The notes under the pieces are model-generated. The model did no database searches and had not been told where the DNA came from. It saw nothing but the letters and a program-made list of their open reading frames with translations. Positions 1 through 13,100 of a stretch of 64,000 nt of DNA are shown piece after piece. Origin of the DNA: Octopus sinensis (taxonomy: Eukaryota). Both the position numbers and the translations under genes were made by a program. The stretch spans positions 30,752,001-30,816,000 of the forward strand of contig NC_043006.1 in assembly GCF_006345805.1 (NCBI RefSeq), given 5' to 3'. Every line of letters starts with the position of its first letter. Within the stretch, counting starts at the first letter, position 1.

Positions 1-295
1 AACCACCATTACAAAGCCTTCCACCACTTTTGCCTCCCCAACAACCCTTTGCTACCATTTATCTGCTTCAGTTCTAAAATGGCCTTCAATATTTTTCTCA
101 CTTGCTTATGACAATCTATGACTTCTCAGCTGTGAGCATGGAGTGGATAGAATTTGAGGCAGATTTTCCATAGTTGGGTGCCCTTTCTGTTGCCAACTCT
201 CACTTGTTTCTTAGCAAAGTAACATTTTCCCTGCATGTATGACAGTGACACTCATTTACAGCTGTCATGTAATGTCATGATAAGGAGACAGTAAC

Positions 296-462
296 ACACA
301 CGCACACACATGATGGACATCTTTCAGTTTCTGTCTACCAAATCCACTCACAAAGTATTGATCAGCCCTGGACTATAGTAGAAGACACTTGCCCAAGTTG
401 TCAGCAGTAGGATTGAACCCAGGACCATGTGGTTGGGAAGCACACTTCTTATCACACAGCAA
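296..462 (-). mobile_element. tRNA-derived SINE with CORE-like segment
   Basis: The - strand has GCTGTGTGATAAGAAG...GGTTCAATCC...TTGGGCAAGTGTCTTCTACTATAG; related copies at about 9679, 16745, 25575, 33045 and 48119. Confidence 0.78.
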
Positions 463-553
463 AATGATAAGGATTATGAGTATTTTCTTCTGAGGGTTTC
501 TGGTGCTCTGACTGTTTATCAATGTTTTTTCCTTGTTTTACTCTCATTAACAG

Positions 554-782
554 CAAGCCTTTACAAAGGCTTTTGTGCAGCACTACAGTCGAGTATCATT
601 GGTTGTGGTCAAGTCTAAAGACCACTATGCAGTAGCACATCGTGTGGTCCACATCAGTGTTCAGTTGTTCAGCAATGAAACGTTAGCAAGGACCATGTGC
701 AAAGACTACAACCTGCTCTACATCCTTGTCTTCAGTCTACGCCACATGGTGGAATCTGTTTTCATGCAGAGTACATTACAGA
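554..782 (+). CDS. UBR3: UBR3 visible exon 1 (QAFTKAFVQHYS...VHISVQLFSNE...STLQ)
   Basis: taacag acceptor, A|gtaagt donor; phase 0 to 1. Confidence 0.92.
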
Positions 783-3700
783 GTAAGTTATGTTTCATTA
801 TTTTATTTCATATTGTAATTTATGAACACTGGTGCCTTTACGTATGATTGTTAATTGCCTAGTCCCTGATTCCCTAATTTTTTGGTAGTAAAAACCCCGG
901 CACAGCATCAGTTACAATGAAGAGTGTTTCCTGTTGATCTGATCAGTAAAACACCCTGCTCATGAAATTAATGTGCAAGTGGCTGAGCACTCCACAGACA
1001 TGTGTACCCTTAACATAGTTCTCAGGGAGATTCAACATGATACAGAATGTGACAAGGCTGGCCCCTTTTGAATTACAGACACAACTCATTTTTGGCAGCA
1101 GAGTGGATTGGAGCAATGTGAGATGTCTTACTCAAAGACATAACTGTACTGTTGGGAATTGGACTCATGCCTTCACTGTTTGCAAAAAGAGGAAAAGAAT
1201 GTCACCAGTTTTCCAGTTTCCTGCTGTTTTATATAACCTCATTGATCTGCATCAGTTGAAGACATACAAATACAGTTTTTCATTCAGAAGATATTGTTCA
1301 ACCAAAGGTTGTATTAGAAACTCCTTGTTCAAGATGTTGTGTTGTTAGATTGAACCTGAAACCACGTTGCTAAGCCAACTTGTTCACCACACAGCCATAC
1401 TAGTGTACTTGTTTTTGTCTGACAATTATTATTTTACATAAAACTATTTTATTTCTATTCTTTTGCACATTCCTGCATTTGGACAAAATTCTTTGCCTCA
1501 TTTAGTTATTGGTCCTTTACATTCAAAGGTTCAATCCCATCAAACTGCACTTTACCTTTCATCCTTCAATGGTCAATAAAGTACCGTTCAAACACTGCCA
1601 TCAATGTAAATTGATTGTTCTGCTTGTATCTTTTTTTCTTTTTTACCCGTTTACTAAAATTATAAAATTTTCTTTCATCTTTCAGACAATTTCAAGAACT
1701 TCCATAATGTCGTAGACTGTGATTCTAAAGCCATGAAAGATCATTGTTATTGGCCAATTGTTAGTGATTTGATCAACTTGTTGTCTCATCATACCATTGC
1801 CTTGCAATTTATGGAAAATGTTAACTTGGTTAATACATGGCTTTGCTTGCTTGTTTATTTCCAAGGTAAACACTTTTCTTGTACTATGTGATTTGTGTGT
1901 GTGTATTAGTATTTTTTACTAAGAGAGTGTTGGGGAGAGATCTTGTTTAATGAAAGTAGAGATGGTTTATAATTAATCTGTTGATTGACTTAACAAAAAT
2001 GAGACTAAAGCTAATTGCACATCTTCTATATGTATCCAGTGAATGATGTGTGCAAAAGTTTTTTCTTTCTTCTAATTAGAACATTCTCTATCTCACCATC
2101 ATCATCATCATTTAACATCTGCTCTGCATGCTGGCATGGGTTAGATGGTTTGACTGGAGCTGATGAGCTTGCACCAGGTTCTAGTCTGATTTGGCATGGT
2201 TTCTACAGCTGGATGCTCTTCCTAATGCCAACCACTCCAGTATAAAAGTTACAGTGGTGTATACAAAGTAATGATTTTTACAATTGTATTAAAAATGCAT
2301 TTTTGATATCAAATGTTATCAAATGATTCATAGTGGAACTTTTAAGATACATTCTTGGAGTTATATCAATTTACTTCTTTGATACAAGCGAATAAGTAGT
2401 TACCATTCCAATACTGTTATTTTGCTTTCTAATTTTTTCTCTCAGGTTGTAATTTAAATGAACGAGAACTTACTCAGCATGTTGAATTTGAGCCAGACAC
2501 GTATTATGCTGCTTTTTCTGCTGAACTTGAAATCTCGGCATCTCCAATGTCGTATTTGATCTCTCATTGTAAGGACAGTGTAAGTATTTCAGTTTGGTTT
2601 CACTTTGTTGCATTTTCTGTTAAACCTTTGTTTCTCTAAATGAAATTTATAACACTTCTTGTTGATTTCTGTTAGGAAGCAAACTTCTTTGTCACATGGA
2701 CAGGTTTCTTAAAATCATAACTTTAATTTTTTTTTGTTTTGTTTTCACCCTGCAATTTGGCTAGGAAGTTTTGTCTCAACCAAAGCATGATGCAATATTT
2801 CTAGCTATATTATTTACATTTGACGGATATTTGTCCTCATCTTGTTTGTTGTTAACACAACGTTTCAGCTGATATATATCTTGAGGAAATTTTGAACCTG
2901 GGTTCTCATTCCTAAGGTATTTTTCGATGTTATTATTATTATTTAGGTCACTGCCTGGAATCAAACTCAGAATCTTAGGGTTAGTAGCCCGCGCTCTTAA
3001 CCACTACACCATATGCCCGTGGGCATATAATAATCTATTAGGAATGAGAACCCAGGTTCGAAATTTCCCCAAGACACCTGATGAAGGCTGGAGGGTATAT
3101 CAGCCAAAATGTGTTAGCAGCAAACAAGATAAGGACAAATATCCGTAAAATGTAAATAATGTACATAATTCCTCATCTCTTAAATATAGAACTGTAGTTC
3201 TAGCTATATTCATAGAAACCAGAAACAAATGATAACCTAATGGATCAAGTATGTCTGTGAAATAGAAAGAAAGGATTCTGTTTTGGGTAGTGAGGAAATA
3301 GATGAGAAGAAAGGATATTAAATTTGCATCTCTTGCATTGGGCATTCTTATCCATGGTATATTTGGTTGGACACTAAATTCTACATGCCTTCCTTCATCC
3401 TATTGGTTGCAGGTCATGTTTCTGTTTTTTTTCTTAAAAACAGTTTCGCCCTCAACCTCTTCCTGAGATATATAAACCTAATTAAAAAAATGTCAAAATT
3501 CTAACATAAATCTTTGGCTTTGCCATTATGGATTTATCTTTTACATATGGTTTCCTATTTATTCTATTAATTGCTAAATACCAAATAGTCTTGTAAACTT
3601 CCTTGTTTTACTCATGAATTCACCAAGATTATTATATTTGTTTTGTTTCAATAATTTTTTTGTTTTGTACAATAATTTGTAACAATACATTACAGCTCTG

Positions 3701-4272
3701 TTATGGTGAACAATAAATTTTATAATTACCAATTAATTATACTTTACAATTATCAATTAATTATACCATAAACTTTGTTTTCTTATAGAAAACTGCCCAT
3801 TGTACAAAAGCAATAGTCGCTGCTTGTCTGGAAACTCTTGAAGATTGGTTTGAGTCGATTAATTTTGATGCAAATAAAGGCGACAAGGTGAGGCTCATAA
3901 TTGTTTTATCTTTTCCCAGTTAATTAAATGTATTTCTGTAGAATTGACATTATTTGTGAGATGCTCTGTTGTCTGTTTATATCCCCTTTTCTGAAATCTA
4001 ATTTTCAAAATGTATTTTGTGTTGTTTTGATTTGTTTGTGTTCATCTGATTCTGTTTGTGTTTTTTTATTTCAACTGTGGCTTACACATTGAACACATCT
4101 GGTTTTCACATATTTGTGGTTGCTCTCTTTCTCTCTCTCTTTCCTTGCATATAGGTATGTGTATATATGTGTGTATATATATTTATATGTGCTTAATGTG
4201 TGCTTGAAGAGAAAGCTATTCAACACAATGACAACCTTTTACTCAACGATAGTCTAAACTTCCTTGTTCTTT

Positions 4273-4304
<32 letters not shown>

Positions 4305-4909
4305 CATGGTGCCCCAGCATGGGCATAACCTTAGGGCTGAAACATATAAAAGAATATATATATGTACATTGTGTGTGTGTTTGAAGAGAAGGCCATTCAA
4401 CACAATGACAACCTTTTACTCACCGATAGTCTAAACTTCCTTGTTCTTATATATATCATCATCATCATCATCATCATCATTTAGCGTCCGTTTTCCATGC
4501 TAGCATGGGTTGGACGGTTCAACTGGGGTCTGGGGAGCCCGAAGGCTGCACCAGGCCAGTCAGATCTGGCAGTGTTTCTACAGCTGGATGCCCTTCCTAA
4601 CGCCAACCACTCCGAGAGTGTAGTGGGTGATTTTATGTGCCACCGACACAGGTGCCAGACGAGGCTGGCGAACGGCCACGCTCGATGGTGTTTTTATGTG
4701 CCACTAATAGGTGCCAGACGAGGCTGGCAGACGGCCACGCTCGGATGGTGTTTTTATGTGCCACCGACACAGTGCCAGATGAGGCTGGCGGACGGCCACG
4801 ATCGGATGGTGTTTGTTACGTCCCCAAAGCACGGAGGCCAGTCTATGCGGTACTGGCTACGGCCACGTTCGGATGATTTTCTTGTGTGCCACCGGCACTG
4901 GTACCACAA

Positions 4910-4945
<36 letters not shown>

Positions 4946-5088
4946 CCATGGTGCCCCAGCATGGGCATAACCTTAGGGCTGAAACATATAAAAGAATATA
5001 TATGCACATTGTGTGTGTTTGAAGAGAAGGCCATTCAACACAATGGCAACCTTTTACTCACCGATAGTCTAAACTTCCTTGTTCTTAT

Positions 5089-5139
<51 letters not shown>

Positions 5140-5305
5140 TATATTATATATATATATATATAGCCATGGTGCCCCAGCATGGGCATAACCTTAGGGCTGA
5201 AACATATAAAAGAATATATATGCACATTGTGTGTGTGTTTGAAGAGAAGGCCATTCAACACAATGGCAACCTTTTACTCACCGATAGCCTAAACTTCCTT
5301 GTTCT

Positions 5306-5350
<45 letters not shown>

Positions 5351-7082
5351 CCATGCTGCCCCAGCATGGGCATAACCTTAGGGCTGAAACATATAAAAGA
5401 ATATATATATATGCACATTATGTGTGTGTTTGAAGAGAAGGCCATTCATCACAATGGCAACCTTTTACTCACCGATAGTCTAAACTTCCTTGTCACCTGT
5501 CGGGCCATGCCTTGTCTTTGTCTTACCTGCTGCTTACAACAATCATTTTCTGTTCTTTGCAACACATAAACTCAATCCCAATCCATCTAAGCTTACTCAA
5601 CTCATCTGTCTCTCATCTTAACTAAACCTTCTGCATGTCTCACCTCAAACATTTACTACCAAAAGGTTTTTCAGTTCTTCATTCCTTCACGAGCATTCGT
5701 CTGGAAATTCTTTTATTTGCAAATTTTCTTGCAACCATTAACTCCAACTGATCAAGTTGAATATTAACCAGACTTCTTCAGTTTTCCTAATTTCAAAAAG
5801 GACCAAACAGATAATAGCAAATGTTCATCTACCTCTGGTTATGAAAATGGAGTGGAGTATTAAGATGATTCTTTCAGAAATGTTTGACTTAATTAAAGCT
5901 CAAAGTAATTGTCAATTGTATTGTTTATTTAATAACAGGCTGTAGTTATGGAAAGTTTGTCTTTGAAGTCATACCGAAACTTGTGTTGTTAAGTATTGTC
6001 CATAATATTTGTGAATGTAACTTTACTGAAGTAAGTTATTCTATCTATAATAGGAATGCAATTAATTTCAGATTGATTTTTGTAGAATTCTAACTTTAAT
6101 GAACCTTAAAAACTATTGTGAACCAATTACCCCAGAAAATAACAAATGACCTAACAATTTGTTTTTGTGAAGTATTTGATGTAAATTAGAACTGGTGATG
6201 GTGTCACATAAAAAGCACCCAGCACACTCTATAAAGTGATTGGTGTTAGGATGGGCATCCAGCTGTAGAAACCATATCACAACAGACTCTGGAACTGGAT
6301 TTACAAGTTCCTATTGAGCTATCCAACCCATGCCAGCTTGGAAAATGGATGTTAAGTGTTGTTGATGGTGTACTCACAGAAAATTATTTAAAAGAGCAAA
6401 AATTTTGTGAATGTCATTTTCCTTCACTTTGGAATGAAATGACATATTATCTGAAGTATATTTTAATAAATTACTGTGAAAATTAAACATTTAAAACAAA
6501 TTTGTTGAATATTTTGATGAGAAATTAATAAGAATGTTCAAGAAATGTTATTTTTATTTTCTTGTGTGTTTATTTCAGACAAGTTACCTGCAGCTGGCTT
6601 TCCACCTGCCTCTTCATCGTTACCTAGCTGTATTCTTGGCTTATGCTGTCCAACATCAAGCTGTACCTATCACACAAATGTTACCTTCTTATTCAAAGCT
6701 GAAGAACTTGTTGATGTTTCCACTGCGAATTCAGGTAGGAGTAATGCCATTTTAATAAAATTTGTCCAAAGATTGCTGACCCCATCAGGACTTTTCTATC
6801 ACACTCGGTTGGCCATTATCATTACCATCAGCACTATCATCAACACTACATTCTGTTTTTTTTTCTCGTCTTTTTATATGCTATGAGCTTAACCAAAGAT
6901 TATAATAAAGTACTTCCTCGTACAGGTCAAGTTAAATCTGTTTCTTTAAAATTTTTCCTTTGGCTACTTCTATCAAATGTATTCATCACCATCAGCTCAC
7001 AGTACATTCCCAGACAGTATCTTTTATCAGTGTAGTAATCTCTTCTGGAACAATTAGAATTATATAAAAATGTGTTGAAAGG

Positions 7083-7120
<38 letters not shown>

Positions 7121-10100
7121 ACACACACACACACACCTGTTGTGTGTGCATTCTTGAATAACACTCACATTTTTTATTTCTAGGCTGGAATTGCTGAAAT
7201 CAATGCTAATTTATGGCTAAGAAATGGTCTGCAGATCAAAGGACAGGCAATGACTTATGTTCAGTGCCATTTCTGCTATTCTATGTTAGATGCTGATCTT
7301 TACCTGATACAGGTGAGTGTTGATGACATTACTGTGTCTTTCTCACTTTAGATTTTTGAATTCCTTCAATAATTATTGTGCTCTACCTTTATTTCTTACA
7401 TCTTGAATTTTGCAAATTTTCCCTACCTGTGCTTGAATCATATAATCTAATTTTCTCTAACTCTTTTAAAATGTATTTTACCTTAACAAATGTCTATAAA
7501 TACTGAGCTGTATTTTGACAGCTGGATGTCAATCCACCTGCCAACTGAAGCAGGGCTGGTGCCAGTGTGTGTCAGACAAATAAGTTGTAGTTGATATCTC
7601 GTATCTCACACATATATAGAAGTATTGTTACCAGCATAAGTGCATGGTTTGAATTTATAATCTTGCAGAATAGAAATTCAATACTTGCAGTAATGTTTTT
7701 AATTTTTTAACATAAAAAAAGCATCCATGCTGGTACTATTTAAAAAGCTCCTGTGCTGGTGCCAATTAAAAAGCACCTAGTGCCACTCTATAAAGTGGTT
7801 GGTGTTAGGAAGGGCATCCAGCCATAGAGACCATGCCAAAACAGACAAATGGTGCCTGGTGTAGCTTTCCAGCCTTGCCAGCTCCTGTCAAAGCATCCAA
7901 CTCATGCCAGCATGGAAAATAGACATTAAATGATGATGATGATGGTAACTAACTCTATATTATTGTATAGTTGGTTGTACAAGTAGTATGAGGTACTGAA
8001 CTACTGACTTATATAGACAAGTATTCAAACTTTACAAAGCATTTGACCAAGGCACGTTATTCAATTTCCCTCAGCTGCTTGATAAAAAAGAAGGTGAACA
8101 CTTTCTCCAAGTTATTACAATAGCATCCAGCTTTTTTTTTTAATAAGCAATTATTCTGTTTTGGTCCAACTTTCACAAAAGCAGACCAACACTGCTCACT
8201 TAAAATCTATTCTGCTAATTGCCAAATCACTCAGGTTGTGTTATTTCAATTATTGTTTTTTTGTCACTTTAGGTGTGTGCAGCCCATCTCCCACCTAACG
8301 AGTTTGTGAGAATTGTTATCGAGAGGTAAGCCATTTAAAAATCTGTTTTCAAATTCTACTCTTTTGATTCAATTAATAATGTTTGTACCTTGTTTTGTGT
8401 GGACAAGCTGATCTAACCATTTTATTGTGTTTCTGAACAAAGTAGGAATGAATGGAACCAACATTAAGTAGAGGGAACTGCTTAGTTTTAGTCTGGGACA
8501 ACCTTTCTGGTGCTGGTGGCATACTAAAATGTATCCAGGTCACATTGTCCCATCCATGCTGAAATGATGATGATTGTAGAGTGGTAGGTGATATGAAAGA
8601 CATCCAATGTAAAAACAACATGATACCCCATCCACCTATCATATTTGTAACTGTTTCTTTTTACTGTGTTGCTGCATGTGTTGAATGACCAAGGAGCACA
8701 AGTGTGAGATACCAGAGAACATTCAGTTTATGCCAGTATGGAAGGAAGGATGGAAAATGATGAGAATAATGTTGTTGTCTCTTGCATCTCCATTATTGAA
8801 CATAGGCTACAATGGCATCAGATATAAGATTACTTAAATATAAACATAATACTGGAAGAACTCTTTACTATATTTTGTAATATTCTAATGAAGGAATTGA
8901 ATCCTGAACTCCAAATCATTGAGATGTTATCTTTCACAGTCCTGCTCCTACTCACTCTTTTATATCTACTTTCAACTACTGAAGGCCTCAGTGTCTTCGT
9001 TTGTATACAAAGGACTGAATACAACCCACTGAATCATTAATTAGTTGTGGTCTTACGTCTACTTCACTCACTTTTGTGTTACACTTGGTCTGCTTTACTA
9101 ACAATTAATTGCTCATTAGGTTACAGTTGGTCAATTAAAAGGCTGTTGAGCTGTCAGGTGGTGAGTTAACATTTCTCCTGTGTCTGACATTACAATGTAT
9201 TAGTAACCATAAATAATTGTTTATTAGGTTGCTGACCTCTTAGCTTTAAACAAATTCTCTGAGTTGTAAACAAAAGGAAAACCCTACTATTGATGGGTTT
9301 GATTATCATACAAGGTCTGTTTCAAATACCCTTGTCTGTTAGGCATTAGGAAGTGCCTCACTTCACTCCCCCCCTATCTTCATCGGGAAATCCTGAACAT
9401 CAACTGCATTTCAATGTCTCTTTACTAAACATTAGAAAACAGTAATTTGATTGTTGCTCATTGTTTTGTTATTTGTTTGCTGCACAGGTTTTAGATATTT
9501 TTGACATTTCTTGAGAAGAATTTAGTTATATCTCTTTTATAATAATTTGAGATCAAATCTTGCTAGGGCTGACTTTGTATTATTCCATGTTTTCAGGTAT
9601 AGTAAACTAAATGCCAATTAAAAATTGGGGTCCGTTTAATAGCAAAGCCCTTCCTTGAAAATATATATCCTAATAGGCACTGGTGTGGCTGTAGATAAGA
9701 AGTTTACTTCCTAACGACATGGTTCTAGGTTCAGTCCCACTGCGTGGCATTTTGGCCTGGTTTCTTCTTCTATAGCCTCAAGGTGACCAAAGTCTTGTGA
9801 GTGGAATTGGTAGATGGAAATTGAAAGAAAGTTGTTGTGTGTGTGTTTGTCTCTTTCATCATCATCATCATCATCATTGTTTAACGTCCATGCTGGCATG
9901 GGTTAGACGGTTTGACTGGGTCTGGAAAGCCAGCAGCTGCACCAGGCTCCAATCTGATCTGGCAATGTTTCTACAGCTTGATGTCCTTCCTAATGCTAAG
10001 CACTCCGAGAGTGTAGTGGGTACTTTTTACGTGCCACTGACACAGGAGCCAGTTAGGCAGCCCTGGCATTGGTCCTGTTCGGATGGTGTTTTTTACGACC

Positions 10101-13100
10101 CATCAGCACAGGAGCCAGTCAGGGAGCACTGGCCACTGCTACGATTTTCGTTTTACTTGACTCAACAAGTCTTCTCAAGCATATCATATTGCCTGACATA
10201 TCAAGGGTTCTCTTAAATGGGCCGGACATGCAACACTGGCATTGGCCATGGCTGCGATCTCACTTTATTTGCCAGGTTTTCTCAATCACAGTATATCTCC
10301 AAAGGTCTTGGTTTCCTGTCATTGCCTCTGTGAGGCCAAATGTTCGGTGGTCATGCTTCACCACCTCATCCTATGTCTTCCTAGTTGTGAATGATTGTCA
10401 TTCATTTCCAGTATTCCTTGAGAACATGTCTGGCCACAGGGAAATATCACTTTGGAAGCACACAAGGGTTGGAAACACGAAGGGCATCCAGCCATAGAAA
10501 ATCTGTTTCAACAAATTCTGTCTAATCAATAGAAGCATGGAAGAAGTGGATGGATAATGATGATGAATTTGATACCTATTTAGTGCTTATTACCTCAGTC
10601 TGTCTGGCTGATACTTCACAGTTGACTGATTAATATTAAGATGGGTACTCAGTCATAAATGATGTATTCCAGCAATATTCAGTATGTAAATATTGACATT
10701 TTAAAATCCGCATATTAAGGCTATTGTTGGAAAATGTAGGTAAAATAATTACCAAAAATTGATGAGTGATTAGTTGCAGATGCTTTATTTTTTTAATCAT
10801 TCTATTCATTTTGTATAAAGATAAAAAGAAATTGCTTAAGCTTTTAGATGTTTACTTTTGAATCTAGCTTCACGTTTAATCTGTTTGTAATTTTCAGCTT
10901 TCATCTTACAAACTGGCTCTTGTTATGCCCTAAACCAATCAAAATTGGTTGTATATTGGAATCCGAACAAGAACTGGCATTAGTGGAGAGTGCCTTATCT
11001 TTCCTAGCTATGTTGCAGTCCGTACGCACCTATCTGGGTAAGTTTAAACTTTATTCACTCAAAACCATCATCTTTTTAAATACAGGTTCTGTTCCCAATA
11101 GCCTCATATCAACCAACATTTTGTCAGAGAAAATTGGTTAGGAGAAACTATGTGGAAACAAGTGTATGTTTGTGTATATATTTGTGTGTGTGTGTATTGT
11201 AGTGAAGGTGCATGGCTCAGTGGATGAAGTGTTTGATTCCCAGAGTGGGCTGTATGTTGTATTCTTGAGTAAGACACTTTATTTCATGTTACTCCAATTC
11301 ACTCAGCTGTAGAAATGAGTTGTGATGTCACTGGTGCCAAGTTGTATCATCCTTTGTCTTTTCCTTGGACGGCATTGGTAGCCTGGAGAGGGGAGACTGC
11401 AGGTATGCATGGGCTGGTCTTCCACAAATAACCTTGCCTGGATTTGTGATGTAAAATAAATAGCTTTGCATGTTCTCAAAAACAGTTCTTGCAAATATAT
11501 ATTTTTAAAATCGAAGTCGATCAACATCAATGGAAATTGCAGCTGTGATAACAGTGCCGGTGGCACGTAAGTGAACCATCCGATCGTGGCCATTGCCAGC
11601 GCCGCCCCGACTTGCCTCCGTGCCGGTGGCACGTAAAAAGCACCATCCGATTGTGGCCATTGCCAGCCTCGACTGGCCTCCGTGCGGTGGCACGTAAAAA
11701 GCACCATCCGACTGGCCGTTTGCCAGCCTCCTCTGGCACCTGTGCCGGTGGCATGTAAAAAGCACCCACTACCCTCACAGAGTGGTTGGCGTTAGGAAGG
11801 GCATCCAGCCGTAGAAACATTGCCAGCTCAGACTGGGCCTGGTGCAGCCTTCTGGCTTCCCAGACCCCAGTTGAACCGTCCAACCCATGCTAGCATGGAA
11901 AGCAGACGCTAAATGGTGATGATGATGATGACAATCATACATGAAATGCCGGTGCCACGTAAAAAGCACCTGTGCTAGTGCTACATAGAAACCCCCAGTA
12001 CACTCTGTAAAGTGGCTGGTGTTAGGAAGGGCATCTGGCCAGACAAACCTTGTCAAAACAAACTATAGAACCTGGTGCAGCTCCTGTCTAATTGTCCAAC
12101 CCATGCCAGCATGGAAAACAGATGTTAAATGATAATGATGATGGGAGTAGGCATATACAGGTGTTAGTGTGTGTGTATTAATCTAAACAAATCCTATAAA
12201 TTTTAATTTCTTTTTCTGTTAAATTAATCATAGAAACTGTTACTAAATGTTCATGTTTGGTTTTGTCAAGGTATCAGTGAGAAGGAGTTAGTCCGTGTTG
12301 AGATGGTGGCTTTGCTTTGTGTTAATGACCGCACACACAGCCAGTTGATGGATTCAATGCCAGAGAAGTCTGGATTAGCTGTTCATGAGAAATGTTACTT
12401 TGAGTCTACCTTGAAAGCAGTAAGTCATTCTTTTCCCTATGTCCATTTACCATATTCGATGGCATAAAAAAAGACACACACACAGTCTATCAAACGCATC
12501 CCAATTTCCGCAGCACATTTCCAGCTAAAATAAGTTTCCAGTGTATTAAAATATCTAATATCAAATCCTTCGTTCAGATTATTCTCTCAAATCTAACTCT
12601 TTTTTTATTCTCATTAATTTGAATGAATCAGACATTATCTCAAAGCTTGAAGATCTTGATGTGATTATTTATTTTTCAGAATGACATTGTAGGGTGGGTA
12701 TGAGAGGCCAGATCTGGCCAGTTTGAACATAAAACAGGGAGATGACCATTTTAAATGCTAAAGGGTTAATAAAACTTCACATATAGGACCCAGGGTGATT
12801 TTTTTTTTTTTTCTTTTTTCAAAGACATTTTTTAAGGGGGCAAAAGTGTATCTCATGTGCCATTTACAAAGATTTGCTCTTAAATCTGTTCCTTAATCCA
12901 CTCTAAAATGTTTCCAGTTGTAATATTATAGTCTATATTCTGTTGTAGGTGGCAGACTACAAAGCACCAGTTCTTGAATCTGGAGGAGGTTTACAGCAAG
13001 GAACCTATATGCCAAAAGGTACGGAGGGTGTTTTTGGGTGCTGGTGTATATTTCATCTTTTGTAACGTTCGACTGGGTGGTCAGAAGTTCAAACCTTACT

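Noticed and set aside
2946-3018. Possible tRNA gene
   Set aside because: A and B boxes are present but no clean cloverleaf; it is embedded in a TSD-flanked repeat, so it is treated as a SINE-type head.
4497-5569. ORFs of 63-157 aa
   Set aside because: They derive from the RTE UTR and the (TA)n-joined tandem array (IYIYIY runs).
9575-9602. TTTCAG|GTATAG possible recursive splice site
   Set aside because: Weak donor in a short intron; expected by chance in AT-rich sequence.
10555-10635. C/D-box snoRNA-like TGATGA...CTGA
   Set aside because: The TGATGA is the (GAT)n tail of an RTE copy; no terminal stem.
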